A DNA stretch of 64,000 bases. It comes from Candidatus Omnitrophota bacterium (GTDB taxonomy: Bacteria; Omnitrophota; Gorgyraeia; Duberdicusellales; 4484-171). The DNA is taken from positions 1 through 64,000 of the forward strand of contig JAIPGM010000009.1 of NCBI GenBank assembly GCA_021735655.1, in the 5' to 3' direction. Below are positions 26,912 through 35,312 of this stretch, piece by piece. How positions within the stretch are numbered: the first letter of the stretch is position 1; every line of letters starts with the position of its first letter. Made by a program: the position numbers and the translations under genes. The notes under the pieces are model-generated. The model did no database searches. It was not told the origin of the DNA and worked only from the letters and a program-made list of their open reading frames with translations.

Positions 26912-29107
26912 TTACCTATCAAAGCTAAAACCATAACGATTAAATGAATCTTGCAAAATCAACCTTATTAAACTATTGTAACTGTTACCTTTCAATTTGT
27001 AAAGAATTGGTAAATCACCATACGAAGATGAGAGACCAGGCAAAGGGTTAATATCTATTATCTTAGGTTTGTTCTGAGTATCAAGGCGAAAATCTATACG
27101 CGCCATATCCTTTAATTCTAATTCTTTATATGCCTTTATAGCATAAAATTCAATTATTTTCTGAATATTTTTTAAAATACTCTCCTGTGGCTCATATTTA
27201 ACTTTATTTTGCCAATCCTGTTTGATCTCAAGAGAATAGAGAAAGTTCTTGCAAGCCTTATCCCTAGGCACTATTTTCATCATTCCTAGAATTTGTGGAA
27301 CTTCATTGCCGTAAACTCCTACGGTAATCTCATCTCTCTCCAAAAACTCTTCTATCAAGGCCGGCTGTTCATATTTCGAAATTATTTCCTCTACTCTCTT
27401 TTTTAAATCATCAAAGTTGCTGACTAAAGAATTAAGAAAAATTCCCTTTGAAGAACCTTCCCAACGCGGCTTTACAAGAAATGACCCGTTTCCTCCAAAA
27501 ATATTTCCTAAATTTTCTAAATCTTTGACATCCTTAATCATAGCCATCTCTGGAACCAGAATATTTGCTGATTTTAATAATCTATTGGTTAGGTATTTAT
27601 CTAGAGTGATTCCTAAGGCGACTGGATCTGATCCCGAATAGGGTATATCTAAGCTTTCAAGGATTGCCGGAACTTGCGATTCACGCCCCCTCTTATCCCC
27701 TCTGCCTTCGGCGATATTAAAAACGAAATCCGGCCTTTGACTCAACAATCGTTTTAGAAAATTATCATCCTGCTCAAAAATAACTACCTTGAAACCGTAT
27801 TTTTCTATTTCTTTCTTTATGCTTTCAATGGTCTCAATTTCGTCGTATTCCTCATGGTTCTCGCCAGCATCCTTATTTTTAAGATTAAATGTTATACCTA
27901 TTGTATTCACTGAGCGGACTTTTTTAGAATTAGTTATTGCTTCTGGCTGAACAGGAGTATCCTGATAAAAAAATATTTCATCTTTATAATTTTTTAATAT
28001 CATTCCTCGGTCAGAATCTGAAACCAAATAATCAGGACCAAAGGGGATTTTACCTTTCCCGCCTATAGCATCAATAACAAAAGTCGGTACACACATACCG
28101 CTAGTAAACCCCTGCATTTTTTTGATAATTTCTCTACCTTGCCAAGGTGATGTTCGAAAATGAGATGTCCCGCTAACCGGATCACACTGAAATAAATAAT
28201 ATGGCCTAACCCTTATCGCTTGTAGTCTCTGACATAAATCCCTCATCACTTGCAAGTTATCATTCACCCCCTTAAGCAATACTGACTGATTGCTTACAGG
28301 AATACCTATTTTTTGTAGTTTTCTGCAAGCTAAAGCTGCCTGAGGGGTAATTTCTCTAGGGTGGTTGAACTGGACATTAACCCAAACATTGTCATATTTT
28401 TTTAGCATCTCACAAAGCCGATCATCTATCCGCCGAGGGAAAACAACCGGAGTACGCGTACCGATACGGACAACCTCAATATTACTAAAAGAATGAATTT
28501 TTGAAAGTATAGCTTCTAGCCGTTCTGTAGGTAAAGTTAAAGGGTCTCCTCCGGAAACTATTATCTCCCTAATTTTCGGATTCCGGCCCACATAATTTAA
28601 GGCTCTATCTATATCTTCTAGGGTTGGTTCATTTATTTTTTTGCTCCATATTCTTTTTCTTGTGCAGTGGCGGCAATACATAAAGCAACGGTTAGTTACT
28701 AAAAGCAGTGCCCGATCAGGATAGCGGTGTACTAAGCAATCTAAGGGAGAACTCTTTTCCTCAGCTAAAGGATCCTTGCTTTCAAAGGAACCTTGGCTAA
28801 GCTCATCAAAATTAGGTATGCATTGTTTTCCAATCGGATCGCAGTTATCAGAGGTATTTTCAATTAAGGAAAAGTAGTAAAAAGGAATTTTCAAATGGTA
28901 AGCATCAGAAACTTTCTTTAATCGACAAATCTGTTCTTTATCTAAAGGTAGGTATCGAGAAAGGTCTTCAATGTTGTTAATAAACTCTTTAGGATCATAA
29001 TACTCTCTCCCAACATCAAGAGTTTTGTTGTGATAATTTACAGTTTCATAACTAGGTCCGCCAGGTTCCTCTTCAAGGAAAGTTTCAGCATCCAAGTTAT
29101 TGCTCAT
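26912..29107 (-). CDS. Fusion protein: KamA-family radical SAM aminomutase (lysine/glutamate 2,3-aminomutase-like) N-domain plus D-Ala-D-Ala-ligase-type ATP-grasp C-domain
   Basis: The N-domain has HRYPDRALLLVTNRCFMYCRHCTRKR (CX3CX2C) and SGGDPL. The C-terminal 330 aa have a Ddl-like pattern (DFVFNIAEGRGDKRGRESQVPAILESLDIPYSGS...ARIDFRLD...IDINPLPG). Upstream is RBS GAGGAGG. Confidence 0.8.
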   Translation of the reverse strand: MSNNLDAETFLEEEPGGPSYETVNYHNKTLDVGREYYDPKEFINNIEDLSRYLPLDKEQICRLKKVSDAYHLKIPFYYFSLIENTSDNCDPIGKQCIPNFDELSQGSFESKDPLAEEKSSPLDCLVHRYPDRALLLVTNRCFMYCRHCTRKRIWSKKINEPTLEDIDRALNYVGRNPKIREIIVSGGDPLTLPTERLEAILSKIHSFSNIEVVRIGTRTPVVFPRRIDDRLCEMLKKYDNVWVNVQFNHPREITPQAALACRKLQKIGIPVSNQSVLLKGVNDNLQVMRDLCQRLQAIRVRPYYLFQCDPVSGTSHFRTSPWQGREIIKKMQGFTSGMCVPTFVIDAIGGKGKIPFGPDYLVSDSDRGMILKNYKDEIFFYQDTPVQPEAITNSKKVRSVNTIGITFNLKNKDAGENHEEYDEIETIESIKKEIEKYGFKVVIFEQDDNFLKRLLSQRPDFVFNIAEGRGDKRGRESQVPAILESLDIPYSGSDPVALGITLDKYLTNRLLKSANILVPEMAMIKDVKDLENLGNIFGGNGSFLVKPRWEGSSKGIFLNSLVSNFDDLKKRVEEIISKYEQPALIEEFLERDEITVGVYGNEVPQILGMMKIVPRDKACKNFLYSLEIKQDWQNKVKYEPQESILKNIQKIIEFYAIKAYKELELKDMARIDFRLDTQNKPKIIDINPLPGLSSSYGDLPILYKLKGNSYNSLIRLILQDSFNRYGFSFDR

Positions 29108-29177
29108 TTTTCCTCCTCACTCAGGTAAAAGTCCACCCGGGAAAATTATAAATTACCCTATGATATCTCCATTCTCT

Positions 29178-29507
29178 CTAATAATCTTGGTCAGGATAAA
29201 CTTCTTCGCTGTCATCATCGTATCCTAACTCTTCATCATAAATATACTCATAGCTCAAAGCCCGCAAACCTTCCTGGCTATTTTCGGCTTTAATTTCCAC
29301 ATTATCTCCAAGCTCAAAATAAGCCTCTTCTACTAACTCTTTAGTAGTTAGCACTTTTTGACCACCAACAGTAATATAGCTACCGTCCTCGGAAATCTGC
29401 TCTATCTTACCCTTAAGCAACACTGAATCATCTTCCTGAGCAAAAGCAAAAGTTGTCCCAGCCAAAATCATAACCAACAACAATGTTAAATATTTTTTCA
29501 TGACCAT
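29178..29507 (-). CDS. Secreted small protein with an acidic C-terminal tail, hypothetical
   Basis: It has signal peptide ...TTFAFA|QE and an acidic tail DEELGYDDDSEEVYPDQDY. Confidence 0.5.
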   Translation of the reverse strand: MVMKKYLTLLLVMILAGTTFAFAQEDDSVLLKGKIEQISEDGSYITVGGQKVLTTKELVEEAYFELGDNVEIKAENSQEGLRALSYEYIYDEELGYDDDSEEVYPDQDY

Positions 29508-29725
29508 TCCTCCCTTTCTCCTTTTCCGTTAAAATCTTCTTCCTCCTCACTGTAATCCACGTAATCATCCCAGGTGCCGATTTCTTCCTCTAGCTCTACC
29601 GGATTAAGCTTGGTTAATTTAAGCTCTGCAAAACAACCCTGACAATTAAGGATATCGGCAATCCCCAAACCTTCTTCAATCTCAACATTTTCTTTACAAA
29701 CCGGACATTTGGTTTTTTTAACCAT
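29498..29725 (-). CDS. LysW-like zinc-ribbon small protein with an acidic C-terminal tail (candidate amino-group carrier protein)
   Basis: Two Cys pairs (CPVC...CQGC) are followed by AELKL..LNPVELEEE and an acidic tail ending EEWS. This parallels the Thermus LysW pattern CPECGAEL...CEDCGAELEV..LDPLRLE...EDWGE. Upstream is SD AAGGAGGT. Confidence 0.5.
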   Translation of the reverse strand: MVKKTKCPVCKENVEIEEGLGIADILNCQGCFAELKLTKLNPVELEEEIGTWDDYVDYSEEEEDFNGKGEREEWS

Positions 29726-29839
29726 TTATACCTCCTTTTAACCAAATACTCCTATATTCTTAATGGACCGCTCCACCGACATTAAGTTTATAGTTTCCAT
29801 ACTTTTTATTGAAGAGTGTAAACTGTTAGGTAAGACATT

Positions 29840-30178
29840 TTATCTTTTAGTTCGACGAGTTGCTTTTTTATCACTGGCGAAAGTTTTAGTAGCTCTAAAC
29901 TGAGAAACAATAAAATCGGTAATTCGACATTGAGGAGAATTAAGATCCTTATTGCGCCGGTAAAAAACCGAGTTGCCCTTTCTCCGGTCAAAAACTAGCT
30001 TAAGCAGGCGCAACCTCATTAGATGCTTGGAAATCGTAGGCTGGCTTACTTTTAAAACAACACATATATCTTTAACGGTAAGTTCTTTCTCATCCAGCAC
30101 ATTTATTATCCTTAGACGCGTATCATCGGAGCAGGCTTTAAATATCTGGCGTAATGATTTTAGATTTACTTTTCGCAT
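29840..30178 (-). CDS. ArsR/SmtB-family transcriptional regulator
   Basis: It has an HTH_20 pattern: SDDTRLRIINVL...LTVKDICVVLKVSQPTISKHL. I moved the start to the internal ATG (MRKVNLK) because the promoter lies inside the longer track ORF. Confidence 0.8.
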   Translation of the reverse strand: MRKVNLKSLRQIFKACSDDTRLRIINVLDEKELTVKDICVVLKVSQPTISKHLMRLRLLKLVFDRRKGNSVFYRRNKDLNSPQCRITDFIVSQFRATKTFASDKKATRRTKR

Positions 30179-30196
30179 ATAACATTCCTTTATTGG

Positions 30197-30235
30197 TATA
30201 TACGTATATATATCATCGGTTAAAAAGGTTGTCAA
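30197..30235 (-). promoter_or_regulatory. Sigma-70 promoter TTGACA-17-TATATA for arsR-family gene, with a 14-bp perfect palindrome TATATACGTATATA across the -10/+1 (probable auto-operator)
   Basis: The -35 is at 30230-30235. The palindrome is at 30197-30210. The spacer is 17 nt. Confidence 0.55.
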
Positions 30236-30378
30236 TATTTATTTTTTCTTTTTAAGAAAATAGGCCCTGGGCTTAGTTAATAAAGGGCACCGAAGGCGAC
30301 AAAATACAGGCAAGTGGAAAATTATATTTAGAATTGTTTAAAAGTATTCTAGCAGGAATAGTAAGGTTTACTTTTTTC

Positions 30379-31047
30379 TTAAACAACAAGTAAGTGTCCA
30401 TTTTCCTTAAGCCATCTTTGATATTTCTTATAATCAGGAATTATCGTTTTAACCTTGCTCCAAAATCTTCGGGAGTGATTTCTTACCTCAAGATGCGCCA
30501 ATTCATGCACTATAACATAATCGATAACTTGCAGTGGCGCAATTATTAAACGCCAAGCGAAGTTTAACCTCCCACTTGCACTGCAAGATCCGAATCTTTT
30601 ATAAGCATTTGATATTCTTAATGACTTGTATCTTAAACCCGTCACTTCTACAAAAAAATCTAAACGTTCTGATATTTTATTTAGCGCTTTGGCTCGATAC
30701 CACTCAATTAAACAGCTCCGAGCCTGAGGTAATAAACTTTTTGGAAACTCTAAATACTCAGTTAAGACTATATCCCTTCGATCCAAAGCTCTGAACCTGT
30801 AAGGACTGCCTAAATAAAAAAACTCTTCTCCATTAATAAATTGTTTAGTTTTAGTTTGAGCCTTACGCTTTTTTGCAATTTCCTGCTTCTTTTCAATCCA
30901 CTCCTTTTTCTGCGAAACGAAATCTTTAATTAACTTATCTGAAATACCAAAAGGAGCTCTCACGATCAATTGAGCATCTTGGGTTATGGCAAGAGACAAA
31001 GTCCGACGCCTTGACCTTATTATTTTATCCACCTTAACTTTTTCCAT
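30379..31047 (-). CDS. YgjP-like (DUF45) / M48-family zinc metallopeptidase
   Basis: It has the HELAHL...NHS...FW motif. Confidence 0.75.
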   Translation of the reverse strand: MEKVKVDKIIRSRRRTLSLAITQDAQLIVRAPFGISDKLIKDFVSQKKEWIEKKQEIAKKRKAQTKTKQFINGEEFFYLGSPYRFRALDRRDIVLTEYLEFPKSLLPQARSCLIEWYRAKALNKISERLDFFVEVTGLRYKSLRISNAYKRFGSCSASGRLNFAWRLIIAPLQVIDYVIVHELAHLEVRNHSRRFWSKVKTIIPDYKKYQRWLKENGHLLVV

Positions 31048-31060
31048 TTTATTTAATATT

Positions 31061-32236
31061 CTAACGTCGCGGAGGTCGATAACGCCTTCCTGGATGATGG
31101 CTGGAATGTATCGGTCTACCGGATTGCTTCAATGGATCTAATCCAAACCAATGAGGTGTAATTTTAGTAATACGTAACACTTCCCTCAAAGCAAGGATAT
31201 CGCGATCAGTTATCAAAGATAGGGCAAGACCTTTCCTGCCCATCCGACCAGTTCGGCCAGTACGATGCGTATATTGCTCACCACGAGGAAAATCCCAGTT
31301 AATAATATGAGAAACATGAGAAAAATCGAGACCGCGGCCAGCGACATCAGTTGCAATTAAGTAGCGAATCTTTTGAGCCCGAAAACGTCGTACTATCGAA
31401 GAACGCTTGCCTTGCTCGAGGCCAGCGTGAATATATTCGGCATCGCGAAGATGCTTGCGTAAAACCTTGTGCAACTTATCCACCATATGGCGAGCATTAC
31501 AAAAAATGATCGTCTGATTAACTCTTTCACGCTGCAAGTAGTCAAGGAGTGCTTTTTCTTTTGCTTCACGATTAACATAAATAAAATAGTGCCCAATACT
31601 TTCTGGTATAGCCTGTTCATTAATCAGTGATATCTGGGCCGGGTTTTTGAGACAATCATTGGCAAGTTTTTTCGTCTTATCATTCATCGTGGCCGAAAAC
31701 ATAAGTGTCTGATGCTCATGTCTAATACAAGAAAGGATAAACTCAATTCCCTCTAGGAATCCATCATCAAGCAATTGATCAGCCTCATCTAAGATCACGC
31801 ATTTAACATCGGCCAGATTAACTACCCCATCGTACATTAAGTCAGTAAGCCGGCCAGGAGTAGCTACCAAAATATGCACCCCATGCTTAATTTTAGCTAC
31901 TTGTATTGACTTATCAAAACCGCCGTAAGCGGCAAGAATTGCAACCGGAGTTTTAAGTGCAATTTTATGTATCTCATCAACATACTGGATACAAAGCTCA
32001 CGCGTAGGCACAATAACCAACCCCTGAATAGTTTTACTGCTCGAGTCGACTTTCTGAATAAGCGGAATTGCACAAGCGCTGGTCTTGCCAGATCCGGTCT
32101 CAGCCAAAGCACAGATATCGCGCCCAGTCAAAATAATAGGATAAGTTGCTTCCTGTATCGGGGTAAGCTCGTTAAACCCTATCCTCTGTAACGAGTTCAT
32201 AATCGCTTTTGGTAAATTAAGTTCGCTAAATTTCAT
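31061..32236 (-). CDS. DEAD-box ATP-dependent RNA helicase with an Arg-rich C-terminal tail
   Basis: It has the Q-motif region, TGSGKT, DEAD (VILDEADQLLD), SAT and HRTGRTGR. Confidence 0.9.
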   Translation of the reverse strand: MKFSELNLPKAIMNSLQRIGFNELTPIQEATYPIILTGRDICALAETGSGKTSACAIPLIQKVDSSSKTIQGLVIVPTRELCIQYVDEIHKIALKTPVAILAAYGGFDKSIQVAKIKHGVHILVATPGRLTDLMYDGVVNLADVKCVILDEADQLLDDGFLEGIEFILSCIRHEHQTLMFSATMNDKTKKLANDCLKNPAQISLINEQAIPESIGHYFIYVNREAKEKALLDYLQRERVNQTIIFCNARHMVDKLHKVLRKHLRDAEYIHAGLEQGKRSSIVRRFRAQKIRYLIATDVAGRGLDFSHVSHIINWDFPRGEQYTHRTGRTGRMGRKGLALSLITDRDILALREVLRITKITPHWFGLDPLKQSGRPIHSSHHPGRRYRPPRR

Positions 32237-32266
32237 AAGTTTAACCGAGTGTTTTAATATGGCTCT

Positions 32267-32461
32267 TTATTTTATCTCCCTAAATTCAGCATCAACCACA
32301 TTTTTATTTTTAGGTGGCTGTTTTTTTGATTTTTGATAACCTCTTGGCTGAGACTTAGGCTTAACCTGGCTAGCAAAAAGACTGATAAAAAAAATAATAA
32401 TTCTAAAAAGAAAACTAACGATCAAGTAAAAAAATAATATTTTTAATAAAAAACTAAACAT
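32267..32461 (-). CDS. Small protein, 64 aa, with an N-terminal TM helix and a Lys/Pro-rich basic tail, hypothetical
   Basis: It has a hydrophobic N-terminus. No clear SD is present, so it is tentative. Confidence 0.35.
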   Translation of the reverse strand: MFSFLLKILFFYLIVSFLFRIIIFFISLFASQVKPKSQPRGYQKSKKQPPKNKNVVDAEFREIK

Positions 32462-32515
32462 AATAATTCAGCTAAACCCAAAATCTAATTTCGTTTTTGC
32501 TTTGAGTAAGTTTCA

Positions 32516-33958
32516 TTAAACATTTTTTATAAATAAACGCTTTAAAGTATCGGCAAGACGACTTTTCTCTACTTCTCTAGCGATAACACTATACAATATC
32601 CTTGGCGTTACAAAAAGAAGTGCCAATAATTCCTTAAAACTGAAAAACTTTATTACAAAAATCCCCTTCCATAACATTTTTAAATATCGCGATGGTGTAT
32701 AAAAAGAAAACTTTATTCTCCGTCCAATCTTTTTTAAAGCCGCATGGCTATAGGTATCGGAATAAAGCTCGCCTCGGTCAGTAACATGGTAGCCGGGAGT
32801 ATTTAAGGCTAGCTCCTTGAGCGGCGAGAATTTCTCAATTCTCAACTTCTGGGAAGAAAAAGAATCAACCCCGATCTCCTTTGCAAACTGGGCTATATAT
32901 AACATCTCTTCCTCGCTTTCACCAATATTACCATAAATAAAATAACCATGATAGTAAAGTGGGTATTTTCTAAACACCGAAAAGGCTTCTCTCACTGCCT
33001 TGGAGTCAAAACCCTTATCAATTTGCGCAAGTATCCAATCATGAGGCGATTCAATGCCAATAAGCAGCGTTTTAAACCCGGCTTTGACCATTTTGTCTAA
33101 TAGTTTAGGATGCTGGGCTACTTCAATCCGAGCCTGGGCTACGAACCGTTTCTTTATTTTGCGAGAAATTATCAAATCACAGATCTTTTCGGCTCTTTTT
33201 ACGTCAACGAAAAAATTTTCATCACTGAAAATTATCGCATTCGCGGTCATCTTCTCAATCTCATCAACAACAAGCTCAACTTGCCGAACTGCATAGCTCC
33301 GCTTCTGACCGAGAGGATTTAAGCTAAAAGTACAAAATTTACAATTATAGGGACAACCTCGAGAACTCAACACAGTATCAAAGCTTACATTGGTTACATT
33401 AATGCCATTAAGCATCAGGCGACACTCGCTACGTCTTAGGCTTCGGTCCGGCGGGAAAATACTATTAATATCCGGTAATGGCCGATTACTATTATGTATT
33501 ATTTTTCCATCTGCCCGATAAGAAATACCCAGAATATCCTCGAACCGAGCTCCGGGGGCGATTTCTTTTATGGTTTCTTCGCCTTCACCTCTAACAATGA
33601 TGTCTATTCTCGGACAATTATTAAAAAACTCTTCAACCTTTTCGCTGGCTTGATAGCCACCTACGACCAACGGCCTACCCGTAGGTATTAAATTCAACAA
33701 ATCGAAGATTTCCTTGAGTTGACGATCCCAGCTAACCCCAACACAGACAAGATCTATTTCTTTAGCTATAAAATCCAAAAGATTGTCAATGACCGATAGC
33801 TCTTTCTCATATCTTAAATCAAGGAGAGTTATTTTGCCTACTGAATCCTTAGCATTAGTGGCCACATATTCCAAGCCAGTTGGCGGAAAAAGCATCATTG
33901 AGCTTATCGCCGAGCTCCTAACATAGGGGTTCAAAAATAAAGCATGTTTATATTTCAT
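32516..33958 (-). CDS. B12-binding-domain radical SAM protein
   Basis: It has an N-terminal B12-binding-like region and the radical SAM motif CPYNCKFC. Confidence 0.8.
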   Translation of the reverse strand: MKYKHALFLNPYVRSSAISSMMLFPPTGLEYVATNAKDSVGKITLLDLRYEKELSVIDNLLDFIAKEIDLVCVGVSWDRQLKEIFDLLNLIPTGRPLVVGGYQASEKVEEFFNNCPRIDIIVRGEGEETIKEIAPGARFEDILGISYRADGKIIHNSNRPLPDINSIFPPDRSLRRSECRLMLNGINVTNVSFDTVLSSRGCPYNCKFCTFSLNPLGQKRSYAVRQVELVVDEIEKMTANAIIFSDENFFVDVKRAEKICDLIISRKIKKRFVAQARIEVAQHPKLLDKMVKAGFKTLLIGIESPHDWILAQIDKGFDSKAVREAFSVFRKYPLYYHGYFIYGNIGESEEEMLYIAQFAKEIGVDSFSSQKLRIEKFSPLKELALNTPGYHVTDRGELYSDTYSHAALKKIGRRIKFSFYTPSRYLKMLWKGIFVIKFFSFKELLALLFVTPRILYSVIAREVEKSRLADTLKRLFIKNV

Positions 33959-33987
33959 AAAGATACATTGTATAAGATTAAATAAAC

Positions 33988-35001
33988 TTAAGCAAGGCTA
34001 ATTGGAGACTTTGCAATAGCCGAAAAATCCTTAATCAGCTTGAACATCTCCAGCCGACTTTTAGCCTGATGAGTACTAGTTCTTAAAGTCTTTGTTTTTA
34101 AAAAACCTCTGGTGTACCAGATATAAAATTTACGAAATTCAACTGTACCGATTCGTTCACCATAAAAACCAATTGATAAATCTAAATGCTTTTTCATCAT
34201 TTTCGCTACTTCTTTTATGGTTGGCCGAGCTACAACCTTACCTTTAGTTAAGAACTCTTCAATCTCTTTAAATATCCAAGGATTACCCAAGGCCCCGCGG
34301 GCTACAATAATTGCGTCGCAATTAGTTTGATCAAACATCTCTTTTGCTTTACTTGCCGAAAAAATATCACCGCTAGCAATAACCGGGATCGATAAAGCTT
34401 TTTTTACCTTTTCTATACTCAAATAATCAATCGAATCACGATAGCCTTGCTCCCGAGTTCTCCCATGTAAGCATACCCCGGCAATACCAGCATCCTGAGC
34501 ATATTTTGCTATATTAACAATATTCTTAGCACTGTCCCAACCCAGACGTAACTTAACCGTAACCGGAAGATTAGCTTCCTTAACCATATTCGATAGCAAC
34601 TTTTGGAGCTTTTTCGGGCTTTTTAGTAAAGCCGCACCTTTACCATTGCTGGTTATTTTTCTCCGCGGGCAAGCGGCATTAAGATCTAAAATACCGTAAG
34701 GAAAATCCCTTAACTTCTCTAAGGCCTTTAGTATGTCGTAAGAATCATCTCCTAATAACTGTACCCCCAGAGGCTGGTCACTCTTTTCAGTAGAAAGCAT
34801 CTCAAGAGTTCTTCGGCTTGAATAACTCAAAGAACGAGCGCTAATCATCTCCAAGAAAGCAAATTTGCATCCGGCTTCTCGATTCAGCTTGCGAAAAGGC
34901 AAAGAGCTTACCCCCGATAAGGGAGCAAGCATTATCCGCGGAAGCATAAAGCTTTTGCTAGAACTACCTATTTTTAAACTATTTTTTAATTTTTCTAACA
35001 C
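33988..35001 (-). CDS. dusB: tRNA-dihydrouridine synthase
   Basis: It has the Dus pattern: LDLNAACP, a conserved Cys, and a TIM-barrel FMN site. Confidence 0.85.
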   Translation of the reverse strand: MLEKLKNSLKIGSSSKSFMLPRIMLAPLSGVSSLPFRKLNREAGCKFAFLEMISARSLSYSSRRTLEMLSTEKSDQPLGVQLLGDDSYDILKALEKLRDFPYGILDLNAACPRRKITSNGKGAALLKSPKKLQKLLSNMVKEANLPVTVKLRLGWDSAKNIVNIAKYAQDAGIAGVCLHGRTREQGYRDSIDYLSIEKVKKALSIPVIASGDIFSASKAKEMFDQTNCDAIIVARGALGNPWIFKEIEEFLTKGKVVARPTIKEVAKMMKKHLDLSIGFYGERIGTVEFRKFYIWYTRGFLKTKTLRTSTHQAKSRLEMFKLIKDFSAIAKSPISLA

Positions 35002-35257
35002 CGATCAATTCTTCCTTCTTAGCCCTGCTTAATTTTTTTATCTTTAGCTCCTTCAAAAAAGCTATTTTAAAATATTTATACTCCTTAAACCAAACTAACT
35101 TAACTGGCCTTCTGTCTCTGGTATACTTGGCCCCCTTACCCTGATTATGTAACCTAAGACGTCTTTCTAAGTCCGGAGTATATCCCGTATAGTAAGTCTG
35201 ATCAGAACATTCGACAATATAAACAAAATGCCTACCACTTCTTTTGATTTTCGCCAT
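34979..35257 (-). CDS. GIY-YIG nuclease-domain protein (UPF0213/YhbQ-like)
   Basis: It has the [28 protein letters not shown] motif. Confidence 0.8.
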   Translation of the reverse strand: MAKIKRSGRHFVYIVECSDQTYYTGYTPDLERRLRLHNQGKGAKYTRDRRPVKLVWFKEYKYFKIAFLKELKIKKLSRAKKEELIGVRKIKK

Positions 35258-35312
35258 CAGATATTAGATAGTTTACAGCCTTCGGTGGGCAGTAACTGAA
35301 AGGTCAAAGAAA

